A stretch of 64,000 nt of DNA from Roseibium sp. (GTDB lineage Bacteria > Pseudomonadota > Alphaproteobacteria > Rhizobiales > Stappiaceae). The position numbers were made by a program, and so were the translations under genes. This document shows positions 28,912-38,290 of the stretch, one piece after another; within the stretch, counting starts at the first letter, position 1; each line of letters starts with the position of its first letter. Where the stretch lies: assembly GCF_965140465.1 (NCBI RefSeq), contig NZ_OZ223238.1. The stretch is one strand, 5' to 3'. The notes below the pieces were generated by a model. It saw nothing but the letters and a program-made list of their open reading frames with translations, did no database searches and was not told the DNA's origin.

Positions 28912-30375
28912 ATGACCCACCGCACTGAAATCCGGTTTCTGCTGAACGGCACCGACGTTACTGTCGCTGACGTGCCTGCCGACAGGACCCTTCTGGACTT
29001 TCTCCGTCTGGAAAAACGCCTCACCGGGACCAAGGAAGGTTGCGCGGAAGGCGATTGCGGTGCCTGCACCGTTCTGGTCGGACGCCTTCAGGATGGTGTC
29101 CTGAAATACGAGACCGTCAATGCCTGCATTCGTTTCCTCGCTTCTCTCAATTCCTGCCATGTCGTCACCATCGAGCATCTGCGCGGTGAAGCCGGCAAAT
29201 TGCATCCGATCCAGCAGGCAATGGTCGATTTTCACGGCAGCCAGTGCGGCTTCTGCACACCCGGTTTTGTCATGTCGCTTTACGCGCTCTGGATGGAAAA
29301 CCCGACGCCAAGCGAAACCGAGGTCGAAACCGCCATTCAGGGCAACCTGTGCCGTTGCACCGGCTACCAGCCGATTGTCGCCGCAGCCATGGCCGCAAAC
29401 GAATATGGCACACCGGCCAATGACTTTCTGACCCTGGAGCGGGAAGAGATCTCGCAACGGCTCAAGGCCCTGATCGACGACCAACGGATTGTCACCGGCC
29501 CGGAAGACAACCAGGCCATCATCCCGGCCAATGTCCACGACTTCGCCGATGCACTGCTTTCACATCCGCAGGCAACCATTGTTGCAGGGGCGACAGATGT
29601 CGGTCTCTGGGTGACAAAATTCATGCGCCCCATCGGCCCGGCCATCTTCATCAATCACCTCAACGACCTGAAGTCGATCCGCGTCACCGACGCGGCGCTG
29701 ACCATAGGTGCTGGCGTGACCTATAGCGAAGCCCAGGGCGCGATCATTGAAGCATTCCCGCATCTTGAAGCCTACTGGGACCGGATTGCCGGCCAGCAGG
29801 TCCGCAACATGGGCACGATCGGTGGCAACATAGCCAACGGATCTCCCATCGGAGACACTCCGCCGGTTCTGATTGCACTTGGCGCCACGATCACGCTGCG
29901 CAAGGGCAAGGACCAGCGCAGCCTGCCTCTGCAAGACTTCTTCATCGAATACGGCAAGCAGGACCGGGCTCCCGGCGAGTTCGTCGAAAGCATCAACATC
30001 CCGCTTCCAAAATCCGGGCAGCTGGATGCGGCCTACAAGATTTCCAAGCGCCGCGACGAGGATATTTCCTCCGTTGCCGCAGGATTCAGCGTCAGGGTTC
30101 AGAACGGCATCATGACCGATTGCCGGATCGCCTTTGGCGGCATGGCGGGCACACCCCAGCGGGCTGCGGGCGCAGAGGCCGCATTGGAGGGACAGCCCTT
30201 CGGCGAGGCCGCATTTCTAGCGGCGGGCAAGGCCCTCGAAACCGACTTCACGCCGCTGACGGACTGGCGGGCCTCGGCCGAGTACCGGTCGCGCGTCGCG
30301 CGCAACCTGATGCGCCGCTTCTTCCTGTCCCAGACCGACACCACCGGCGAGCCGGTTGAACTGCTTTCCGCGTGA
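28912..30375 (+). CDS. xdhA: Xanthine dehydrogenase small subunit (2Fe-2S plus FAD-binding domains)
   Basis: 487-aa ORF with GCAEGDCGACTV and CRCTGYQPI [2Fe-2S] motifs and a FAD-binding domain (GATDVGLWVTK, GTIGGNIANGSPIGD). Confidence 0.9.
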   Translation: MTHRTEIRFLLNGTDVTVADVPADRTLLDFLRLEKRLTGTKEGCAEGDCGACTVLVGRLQDGVLKYETVNACIRFLASLNSCHVVTIEHLRGEAGKLHPIQQAMVDFHGSQCGFCTPGFVMSLYALWMENPTPSETEVETAIQGNLCRCTGYQPIVAAAMAANEYGTPANDFLTLEREEISQRLKALIDDQRIVTGPEDNQAIIPANVHDFADALLSHPQATIVAGATDVGLWVTKFMRPIGPAIFINHLNDLKSIRVTDAALTIGAGVTYSEAQGAIIEAFPHLEAYWDRIAGQQVRNMGTIGGNIANGSPIGDTPPVLIALGATITLRKGKDQRSLPLQDFFIEYGKQDRAPGEFVESINIPLPKSGQLDAAYKISKRRDEDISSVAAGFSVRVQNGIMTDCRIAFGGMAGTPQRAAGAEAALEGQPFGEAAFLAAGKALETDFTPLTDWRASAEYRSRVARNLMRRFFLSQTDTTGEPVELLSA

Positions 30376-30388
30376 TTGTGAGCCAAAG

Positions 30389-32731
30389 ATGAAACACGAC
30401 AAGATCCAGGAAACTCATCAGTCCATCAGCGGCGGCGTTCACACCAACCGTCGGCATGACAGCGCCGAGAAACACGTCACCGGACGCGCGGATTATTGCG
30501 ACGACATCGCCGAACCCTATGGCACGTTGCATGCCTATCTGGGTGTCTCGACAATCGCGCACGGCCTGATCCGCGGCATCGACTTTTCCAAGGTGCTGGC
30601 TGCACCCGGCGTCGTTGGCGTTCTGACAGCGGAAGATGTGCCCGGCAGCAACGACCTCAGCCCGACGGGCCTGAAGGACGAGCCGGTGTTTCCGACCGAA
30701 AAGACCGAGTTTCACGGACAGCCGCTCTTTGCCGTCGTCGCCGAAACCCGTGATGCTGCCCGGCGGGCTGCGGAACTGGCCAAAATTGACTACGAGGAAC
30801 TGCCGCACGCGCTCGATCCCATCGAGGCGACAGAAGCCCGTTATCCCTTCGTCACCGCGCCACTGAAACTCGAACGTGGTGATACAGGCAAAGCCTTCGC
30901 CGATGCCGAAAACCGCATCAAGGGCCAACTGGCGATTGGTGGCCAGGACCACATGTACCTGGAAGGCCACATCGCCTTTGCCCTTCCCGGTGAAGACGAT
31001 GACGTCGTTGTCCATTCTTCCACCCAGCACCCAAGTGAAGCACAGCACATGGTTGCCCATGTCCTCGGCGTGCCGTCCAACGCCGTGACGGTCAATGTCC
31101 GGCGCATGGGAGGCGGATTCGGCGGCAAGGAAAGCCAGATGAACCTCTTCTGCGCGGTGGCAGCCATTGCCGCAAAGAAGTGGAACCGTCCGGTGAAGAT
31201 CCGTCCCGACCGGGATCAGGACATGACGGCTACCGGCAAACGCCACGACTTCGTCGTCGACTACGACGTCGCCTTTGACAATGACGGCCGCATCCAGGCG
31301 GTCGATGGCACCTTCGCGGCCCGTTGCGGCTACTCCTCGGACCTCTCCGGTCCTGTGACGGACCGCGCTCTCTTTCACGCCGACAACGCCTATTACTACC
31401 CGAACGTGCTGCTGCGCAGCCGGCCCATGAAGACCAACACGGTCTCCAACACGGCCTTTCGGGGTTTTGGCGGACCACAGGGTGTTGTCGCGGCCGAGCG
31501 CATGATCGAGGAAATCGCCTACGCGCTCGGCAAGGACCCGCTGGAGGTCCGCAAGGCTAATTTTTACGGCGACCGGACAGATGGGCGGAACCTGACCCCC
31601 TATCACCAGGAAGTGGAGGACAACATCCTCCACCGCCTGGTCGGTGAGCTGGAAAGCAACGCCGATTACCAGGCGCGCAGACAGGCAATCCTGGACCACA
31701 ACAGGCAGTCTTCGGTCATCAAGAAGGGCATTGCCCTGACACCTGTGAAGTTCGGCATTTCCTTCACGGCGACCTGGTACAATCAGGCCGGCTCCCTGAT
31801 CCATATCTACAATGACGGATCGATCCACCTGAACCATGGTGGCACCGAGATGGGTCAGGGCCTCAACACCAAGGTTGCCCAGGTGGTGGCCGACACGCTT
31901 CAGGTCGATTTTGAGCGGATCAAGATCACGAAGACCACCACCGAAAAGGTGCCGAACACTTCGGCAACCGCCGCATCCTCCGGTTCGGACCTCAACGGCA
32001 TGGCGGCCCTCAATGCGGCCGAACAGTTGAAGGAGCGGCTGGTCTCCTTTGCGGCCGAAGCCTTCGATGTGGCCCCCGAAGCCGTCATTTTTCGCAACAA
32101 CATGGTGCAGGTCGGCCAGGACGTCATCTCCTTTGATGACCTGGTGCGCAAGGCCTACATGGCGCGTGTGCACCTGTCAGCTGCCGGGTTCTACAAGACC
32201 CCGAAAATCCACTGGGATCGCGCTGCCGGAAAAGGTCGTCCCTTCTATTATTACGCCTATGGCGCTGCCTGCTCGGAAGTCTCCGTCGACACGCTGACAG
32301 GCGAATACCGGATCGACCAGACGGACATTCTTCACGATGTCGGCCGCTCCCTGAACCCGATCCTCGACAAGGGTCAGGTGGAAGGTGCATTCATCCAGGG
32401 AATGGGCTGGCTCACCACGGAAGAACTGTGGTGGGACAAGGCGGGACGGCTGCGCACGCATGCGCCGTCAACCTACAAGATCCCACTTGCGTCCGACCGC
32501 CCGCGCAAATTCGATGTTCGTCTCGCCGAATGGTCCGAGAACAAGGAACGCACGATCAAACGCTCGAAAGCCGTCGGCGAACCACCGTTCATGCTCGGCA
32601 TTTCCGTGTTCGAAGCCCTGTCGATGGCGGTTGCCAGCGTTGCCGACTATCGCGAATGCCCGCGTCTCGACGCCCCGGCGACCCCGGAACGGGTCCTGAT
32701 GGCTGTCGAGCGCCTCAGGGAAGGTGGCTGA
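30389..32731 (+). CDS. xdhB: Xanthine dehydrogenase molybdopterin-binding large subunit
   Basis: I trimmed the track ORF to ATG 30389. Motifs: HDSAEKHVTGRADYCDD, GGGFGGKE, FRGFGGPQG, and the active-site-type TEMGQG / GEPPF. Confidence 0.9.
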   Translation: MKHDKIQETHQSISGGVHTNRRHDSAEKHVTGRADYCDDIAEPYGTLHAYLGVSTIAHGLIRGIDFSKVLAAPGVVGVLTAEDVPGSNDLSPTGLKDEPVFPTEKTEFHGQPLFAVVAETRDAARRAAELAKIDYEELPHALDPIEATEARYPFVTAPLKLERGDTGKAFADAENRIKGQLAIGGQDHMYLEGHIAFALPGEDDDVVVHSSTQHPSEAQHMVAHVLGVPSNAVTVNVRRMGGGFGGKESQMNLFCAVAAIAAKKWNRPVKIRPDRDQDMTATGKRHDFVVDYDVAFDNDGRIQAVDGTFAARCGYSSDLSGPVTDRALFHADNAYYYPNVLLRSRPMKTNTVSNTAFRGFGGPQGVVAAERMIEEIAYALGKDPLEVRKANFYGDRTDGRNLTPYHQEVEDNILHRLVGELESNADYQARRQAILDHNRQSSVIKKGIALTPVKFGISFTATWYNQAGSLIHIYNDGSIHLNHGGTEMGQGLNTKVAQVVADTLQVDFERIKITKTTTEKVPNTSATAASSGSDLNGMAALNAAEQLKERLVSFAAEAFDVAPEAVIFRNNMVQVGQDVISFDDLVRKAYMARVHLSAAGFYKTPKIHWDRAAGKGRPFYYYAYGAACSEVSVDTLTGEYRIDQTDILHDVGRSLNPILDKGQVEGAFIQGMGWLTTEELWWDKAGRLRTHAPSTYKIPLASDRPRKFDVRLAEWSENKERTIKRSKAVGEPPFMLGISVFEALSMAVASVADYRECPRLDAPATPERVLMAVERLREGG

Positions 32732-32735
32732 GATC

Positions 32736-33587
32736 ATGACAGCCTCCACACACGCCCTGACTTTCCTTGAAGCCGACAGACCGCTCGTCCGGATCGAACT
32801 GACCCGCGTGCGCGGTTCCTCGCCCCGGGAAGCGGGAACCGAGATGTTCGTGTCGGCCACGGACCTTCTGGGTACGGTCGGTGGTGGGCATCTTGAACAT
32901 ATCGCCATCACGCAGGCGTGGACGATGCTGTCCGAAGGCACGCTGAGCACGCATCTGGATCTGCCGCTCGGTCCGGAGATCGGGCAATGTTGCGGTGGCC
33001 GGGTTGAACTTCACCTCAGCCGGATGAGCCAGAACGATCGTGCTGGTGCGGTCCACCGGCACCGGGCCGCCCAGTCCGACCAGCCGCATGTCTATATCAT
33101 GGGCGCCGGTCACGTGGGACGGGCACTTGCGGACGTGCTGCAGCATGCACCGGTGCAATGCATCCTGGTCGACATGCGTGCAGAGGAACTGGAGAAATGT
33201 TCCGCAGATGTCGACAAGCGCCTGCGCGCCATTCCGGAAGTGGACGTCTTCAACGCCCCTCCAGGCAGCGCCTTCGTGGTGCTCACCCACGATCACGGAC
33301 TTGATTTTCTTTTGACATCGGCAGCGCTCGAACTTGGGCACGCCGCCTATGTCGGCATGATCGGATCTGCCACCAAGCGCGCCAAGCTGCGCAGCTGGTG
33401 CCGGTCCCACTGTGATGGATTGTCCATAGACAATCTGACCTGCCCCATCGGGGCAGCCGGAAGCCGCGACAAACGACCTGAACTGATCGCCGCTTTTGTA
33501 GCCGCTGAAGTCCTGACCGCCCTCACAGAGGGCTGCCAGATGATCGGCGGCAGGGAGGAAACTGTGCTGCTGGAAGCGGCGCAGTAG
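32736..33587 (+). CDS. xdhC: Xanthine dehydrogenase accessory/maturation protein XdhC
   Basis: XdhC/CoxI pattern (RVRGSSPREAGTEMFV...GTVGGGHLE, IMGAGHVGRALA Rossmann-like domain). GTG 32724, which overlaps the xdhB stop, is an alternative start. Confidence 0.8.
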   Translation: MTASTHALTFLEADRPLVRIELTRVRGSSPREAGTEMFVSATDLLGTVGGGHLEHIAITQAWTMLSEGTLSTHLDLPLGPEIGQCCGGRVELHLSRMSQNDRAGAVHRHRAAQSDQPHVYIMGAGHVGRALADVLQHAPVQCILVDMRAEELEKCSADVDKRLRAIPEVDVFNAPPGSAFVVLTHDHGLDFLLTSAALELGHAAYVGMIGSATKRAKLRSWCRSHCDGLSIDNLTCPIGAAGSRDKRPELIAAFVAAEVLTALTEGCQMIGGREETVLLEAAQ

Positions 33588-33655
33588 AAAGGGCCGCCCT
33601 GCCATGGCGGGAGACATGGCAAGGCCGCCCGTTTCATCGAGAAAGGAGACCCGAA

Positions 33656-35239
33656 ATGCGGGTTGGGAGCTACGATTACAAGCTGTTTTCGCGCGGGGAT
33701 TTCAGCGCGTTCTGGGCACTGTTTACAGATAATCTCGTCAATCTGATGGTGCTGGCCGGCATCTGTCAGTTTGTCTTTCAGATGCCTGCGGAAATCGTCT
33801 ATGGCCGGATCGTTCCGGGCGCGGCGATTGCCGTTCTGGCCGGTATCGCCGTCTATGTCCTTCTGGCGAAAAGAGCCGCAGCCCAATCGGGCCATGACGT
33901 AACGGCCCTGCCGTACGGCATCTCGACGCCGGTCATGTTCGTCTATCTCTTCGGCGTCATCGGGCCGATCTACTGGTCCACCAACGACCCGGTTCTTGCC
34001 TGGCAGGTCGGTATCGGTGCCGGCTTCATCGGCGGGATCGTGGCGGCGCTTGGCGCCATCGCCGGCCCCTGGCTGAAAAAGGTCACGCCACGGGCGGGCA
34101 TGTTGGGCACCTTGTGCGGGATTGCACTGGTCTTCATCGGCACCGTGCCCCTGGCAACCGTTTTTGAAAACCCCTTCATCGGCTTCGCCTCGATGATCAT
34201 CATCCTGTGGGGTCTGGTCGGCCGGTTCCGCCTGCCGTTCAACATCCCGGCAGGTCTGCTGGCCCTGATCATCGGGACCGTTGTTGCGATCCTGATCGGC
34301 CAGTCGTCGGTTTCCCTGGATGGTGTCGGCTTCTACCCGCCGGTCCCCTATTTCGGTGACTTGGTTGCCGGTATCCAGCACCTCTTTGCCAACCCGGAAC
34401 TGTTCCTGGTCCTGGTTCCGGTGCAAATCTACAACTTCATCGAGACGATGAACAACGTGGAAAGCGCGGAAGCTGCTGGTGACCACTACCCGGTCGCAAC
34501 CTGCCAGATCACTGACGGTGCAGGCACCATGATTGGCGCGCTGTTCGGTTCGCCGTTCCCAACCACAGCCTATATCGGTCATCCGGCCTATAAGCGCATG
34601 GGCGCTCATTCCGGCTACGTGATCGGCGTCGGAATCGTGATCCCGCTGGCTGCTTTCTTCGGCTTCCTGGCCTTCCTGAGCAACCTGATCCCCGTGGCTG
34701 CCGCCGCACCGGTGCTGGTCTTTGTCGCCCTCAGCCTGATCACCAACACGGCTCATGCCGTGAAGACGGAGCACATGGCTGCGGTTACCATCGCAATGAT
34801 GCCGCATGTCTCCAGCTTCCTGGTGATCAAGTGGGGTTCCCTGATGGGCGCACTCGGCGCAACGGGAGCCGAAGGCCTGCTGCCGCTTGGAAATCCGGAA
34901 CTGACTGCAGCGCTGCTACAGCAGGGCGCTCATTACGAAGGCCACCTTGCCCTTAGCCAGGGGGCAATCCTGACCGGCCTGATCTGGGGTGCGATTGTCG
35001 CCAGCGTCATTGACGGGAAGTTCAAGATCGCCGGGGGCTTTGCGTTTGCTGCCTTCGTCATGTCCTCGGTCGGCATCGTCCACTCCGCGACGCTGCACTG
35101 GCCCGAGTTCGGAGCTGTCAGCCTCGGCTACCTGATCGCCGCCGCCTTCCTGATCATCTATCCGATCTTCCACAAGGAAGAGGCGGACGAGCGGGAAACA
35201 GAAACGGCTCCGGGCGCTGCGCTCAATCCCGGTGAATGA
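33656..35239 (+). CDS. Putative purine/nucleobase permease (NCS2/AzgA-like superfamily), polytopic membrane protein
   Basis: 527-aa ORF with 12 or more hydrophobic segments. Placement between xdhC and guaD suggests a purine substrate. The family assignment is from general resemblance (FGSPFPTTAYIGHPAYKRMGA) and is not certain. Confidence 0.6.
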   Translation: MRVGSYDYKLFSRGDFSAFWALFTDNLVNLMVLAGICQFVFQMPAEIVYGRIVPGAAIAVLAGIAVYVLLAKRAAAQSGHDVTALPYGISTPVMFVYLFGVIGPIYWSTNDPVLAWQVGIGAGFIGGIVAALGAIAGPWLKKVTPRAGMLGTLCGIALVFIGTVPLATVFENPFIGFASMIIILWGLVGRFRLPFNIPAGLLALIIGTVVAILIGQSSVSLDGVGFYPPVPYFGDLVAGIQHLFANPELFLVLVPVQIYNFIETMNNVESAEAAGDHYPVATCQITDGAGTMIGALFGSPFPTTAYIGHPAYKRMGAHSGYVIGVGIVIPLAAFFGFLAFLSNLIPVAAAAPVLVFVALSLITNTAHAVKTEHMAAVTIAMMPHVSSFLVIKWGSLMGALGATGAEGLLPLGNPELTAALLQQGAHYEGHLALSQGAILTGLIWGAIVASVIDGKFKIAGGFAFAAFVMSSVGIVHSATLHWPEFGAVSLGYLIAAAFLIIYPIFHKEEADERETETAPGAALNPGE

Positions 35240-35306
35240 CACCCAAACCCGACTTTCATCGGGGCGGCCCTGCCGCCCCGATTTCTACACAGACTGGACC
35301 CTGCAA

Positions 35307-36656
35307 ATGCCCTCTGATCGCCTGTTGCTTCGCGGACGCATTCTCACCTTTCAATCCGAGCCGCAATCCGTGGATGACACCTCATCCCACGTCTATATCG
35401 AAGACGGTGCGCTGCTTGTCGAAAACGGCGTGATCCTCGCAAGAGGCACCTACAGCGAGGTTGTCGCCGAGGCAAGAGATGCCCAGATCGTCGATCACCG
35501 GCCGCATCTTCTCACTGCCGGGTTCATCGACACGCATATTCATTTCCCCCAGGTACAGATCATCGCCTCCTGGGGTGCACAGCTGCTCGATTGGCTGAAC
35601 ACCTATACCTTCCCGGAAGAAACGCGCTTTGCCGACGAAGGACACGCGTCGGCGATGGCCTGCCGCTTCTTCGACCTCCTGATCAATCACGGCACAACGA
35701 CAAGCGTTGCCTATTGTTCCGTGCACAAGGGATCTGCCAACGCCTATTTCGAGGAAGCAGAGCAACGCAACATGCGCGTGATCGGTGGCAAGGTTCTGAT
35801 GGACCGGAATGCGCCGGACGGTCTGAGGGATACGCCACAAAGCGGCTATGACGACAGCAAGGAACTGATCGCAAAGTGGCACGGCAAGGGTCGTGCGCAT
35901 TACGCGATCACACCCCGTTTCGCGATCACGTCAACGCCGGAACAGATGGCAACCGCCGGAGCGCTCGTGACGGAACACCCGGATTGCTTCGTCCAGACGC
36001 ACCTGTCAGAAAACCGGAACGAGATTGCCTACACGCTGGAACTCTATCCCGAGGCCCGGGACTATCTCGATGTCTATCAAAGTTACGGCCTTCTCAGCGA
36101 CAAGATGCTGCTCGGCCATTCCATTCATCTGGAACCGCGCGAAATCGATGCACTTGCCGAAACAGGTGCGCGCCCGGTCTTCTGCCCGACATCGAACCTC
36201 TTCCTTGGCAGCGGTCTCTTCGATGATGCCGGTCTGAAGGCCAAGGGCATCGTCAATGCAATCGCAACCGATATCGGCGCCGGCACAAGCTATTCCATGC
36301 TTCAGACGCTCAACGAAGGCTACAAGATCCTGCAATTGCAGGACCAAAAGCTGCATCCCCTTCAGGCGTTCCACTGGATCACGCGCGGAAATGCCGTTGC
36401 ACTTGGCCTTGAGGACAAGATCGGCACGCTGGATCCGGGAACGGAAGCCGACATCGTGGTTCTGAACTCACGGGCAACGGACGCTATGGCGCTGCGCATG
36501 GAGCGGGCTACCTCGCTGAGCGAGGAGCTTTTCGTGCTGCAGATGCTTGGCGACGACCGTACCATCGACGAAGTCTATGTTGCCGGTCGAGCCCAGAAGG
36601 GCGGCAAGGCCCTTTCCTATTCCATGCAGGAAGGCGCGCGGGCGCTCGTGTCCTGA
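35307..36656 (+). CDS. guaD: Guanine deaminase
   Basis: I trimmed the track ORF to ATG 35307. Amidohydrolase metal motif GFIDTHIHFPQ, HLSEN, and FCPTSNLFLGSG / ATDIGAG as in guanine deaminases. Confidence 0.85.
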   Translation: MPSDRLLLRGRILTFQSEPQSVDDTSSHVYIEDGALLVENGVILARGTYSEVVAEARDAQIVDHRPHLLTAGFIDTHIHFPQVQIIASWGAQLLDWLNTYTFPEETRFADEGHASAMACRFFDLLINHGTTTSVAYCSVHKGSANAYFEEAEQRNMRVIGGKVLMDRNAPDGLRDTPQSGYDDSKELIAKWHGKGRAHYAITPRFAITSTPEQMATAGALVTEHPDCFVQTHLSENRNEIAYTLELYPEARDYLDVYQSYGLLSDKMLLGHSIHLEPREIDALAETGARPVFCPTSNLFLGSGLFDDAGLKAKGIVNAIATDIGAGTSYSMLQTLNEGYKILQLQDQKLHPLQAFHWITRGNAVALGLEDKIGTLDPGTEADIVVLNSRATDAMALRMERATSLSEELFVLQMLGDDRTIDEVYVAGRAQKGGKALSYSMQEGARALVS

Positions 36657-37544
36657 TCAGGACGCCTTTGCGCCGCCATCATAGTAGAGGCCGACTACAT
36701 GTTCGGCCTCTGCAAAAAACAGCCACCTCGATGCAAAGGCGCCGACGAGATAGGAGAGTGTCGCGACGGCGGCGGTAAACGGATTTGCCGGCGCGGCCAG
36801 CACGACGACAAGCGGCACCAGGATCAAAGCGATAAATCCGATGACACGCAGTTTCTGAGCGTGTTTGCGGCCCACCTTGTGCACCATTTCCTTGAGCAGG
36901 TAATTGGTGCCCGTATGCGGCGGTTCGAACATCCTGACGCTGCCGATCGAACCAAGGCCCGTAGCCGTTTCCGCTGAGTGACCCCGCTCTGCAAAACGGC
37001 GATCTCCCAGAATCCAGTGCAAGGCCTGAAGTGCCCCCGCAATGACCAACAAGATAAGCGCTGCACGCCACTGCAGTGCCAGAACCGCACCACCTGCCAG
37101 GGATACGCTCACCATGTGGGCAGGCGTAAGCCAGTGATTCCACCGGGGCACCGTCTTCAACTGCGCATAGATCATTGCGGTCGAAAACACCGTTGCGATG
37201 CTCAGAACCGCTCCGAGCAGGCCGAGCGGTGCCACAAGCATGTCCAGAAAGACAGCGCAGAACCCGTAAAGCCCCATGACAATGAGTGCGAGGACCGAGA
37301 TCCACGCTTCCCGCGACAGCCAACTGGTCTTCCACTGGGTGAAGGCCTTCAGGGCGCGCTGCGGATTGCCGAGATGAAAACTCGCAGAAACGAGTCCGCC
37401 GACGGCGGTTGCAAAGGCAATCGCAAAACAGAAAAACGCTGTCCAGCCGGTCACTGCCGGGAAGCCGAGACCGAGCCATGTCAGGTAGCCGAACCCGAGG
37501 CCGGACAGGACGGTGAAAATGATGACGGAAGGAGCCGGATGCAT
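36657..37544 (-). CDS. soeC: Membrane anchor subunit of a three-subunit molybdoenzyme; SoeC-like (sulfite:quinone oxidoreductase)
   Basis: Start at ATG 37544, which shares one nt with the soeB stop (TGATG). About eight hydrophobic helices, DmsC/NrfD-like. Its stop abuts the guaD stop. Confidence 0.7.
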   Translation of the reverse strand: MHPAPSVIIFTVLSGLGFGYLTWLGLGFPAVTGWTAFFCFAIAFATAVGGLVSASFHLGNPQRALKAFTQWKTSWLSREAWISVLALIVMGLYGFCAVFLDMLVAPLGLLGAVLSIATVFSTAMIYAQLKTVPRWNHWLTPAHMVSVSLAGGAVLALQWRAALILLVIAGALQALHWILGDRRFAERGHSAETATGLGSIGSVRMFEPPHTGTNYLLKEMVHKVGRKHAQKLRVIGFIALILVPLVVVLAAPANPFTAAVATLSYLVGAFASRWLFFAEAEHVVGLYYDGGAKAS

Positions 37545-38290
37545 CAGAGCGCCTCCAATGCCTTGTCGAGCCAACCCAGGAAGCCTTTCGGATTTCCCGT
37601 GACCGGTGACATGTCGGCAGCGTCAGCGCCAAGTTCTTTCATGGTGTCCTTGGGGCGTGGCGGCAGGTACTTGTTGACCGGCCTGGTTCCCTGTTCCGGC
37701 ATCAGATCGATACCGCCGCGTTCCCTGACCAGTTGCGACACGTTGCTCTGAGGATCAGCGAAATCCCCGAAATGCCGCGCGCCCGCAGGGCACGTCCGGA
37801 CACAGGCCGGAACGCGATCCACTTCCTCGAGGTTTTCATTGTAGATGCGGTCGACGCAGAGCGTGCATTTCTTCATGACGCCCTCCGCCTGGTCCAGTTC
37901 GCGCGCACCATAAGGACAGGCCCAGGCGCACAGACCGCAACCGATACAGGCGTCCTCATTGACCAGAACAATGCCGTCTTCACTCCGCTTGTAGCTCGCG
38001 CCGGTCGGACAGACCGTCACACAGGGCGCGTCTTCGCAGTGAAGGCAGGATTTCGGGAAATGGATTGTCTGGGCCGGGCCCTTTTCGGGCTGAACCTCGA
38101 AGGAGTGGATCCGGTTCAGGAACGAGCCGACCGGATCACCTCCATATGCATCCATGTCGCTGAGCGGTGCCCCGTAATTCTCCGTGTTCCACCCTTTGCA
38201 GGCGATCACGCAGGCATGGCAGCCGACGCAGGTGTCCAGGTCTATGACCAGACCGAGTTTCTTCTGTGTCTGTGCAGGCAATTGTGTCAT
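37544..38290 (-). CDS. soeB: 4Fe-4S ferredoxin-type electron-transfer subunit; SoeB-like
   Basis: 248-aa ORF with four Cys clusters (CVGCHACVIACK, CLHCEDAPCVTVCP, CIGCGLCAWACP, CTLCVDR). It overlaps the soeA stop by 4 nt. Confidence 0.8.
   Translation of the reverse strand: MTQLPAQTQKKLGLVIDLDTCVGCHACVIACKGWNTENYGAPLSDMDAYGGDPVGSFLNRIHSFEVQPEKGPAQTIHFPKSCLHCEDAPCVTVCPTGASYKRSEDGIVLVNEDACIGCGLCAWACPYGARELDQAEGVMKKCTLCVDRIYNENLEEVDRVPACVRTCPAGARHFGDFADPQSNVSQLVRERGGIDLMPEQGTRPVNKYLPPRPKDTMKELGADAADMSPVTGNPKGFLGWLDKALEAL

Noticed and set aside
27811-29538. 575-aa ORF suggesting a giant LysR-fusion protein
   Set aside because: Only the last 299 codons (from ATG 28710) are LysR-like. The upstream 276 codons run through the promoter region and antisense into xdhA.
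30248-32173. 641-aa minus-strand ORF inside xdhB
   Set aside because: It is antisense to a gene with unmistakable xanthine dehydrogenase motifs. It has no start context or RBS and the composition of a GC-rich antisense frame.
33347-34807. 486-aa minus-strand ORF. Similar long antisense ORFs occur at 2923-3930, 38371-39702, 42962-44083, 44246-45487, 46148-47305, 53283-54614 and 55101-56084.
   Set aside because: Each lies antisense to a confidently assigned gene and has biased Arg/Gly/Asp/His composition. None has an independent RBS or intergenic context.
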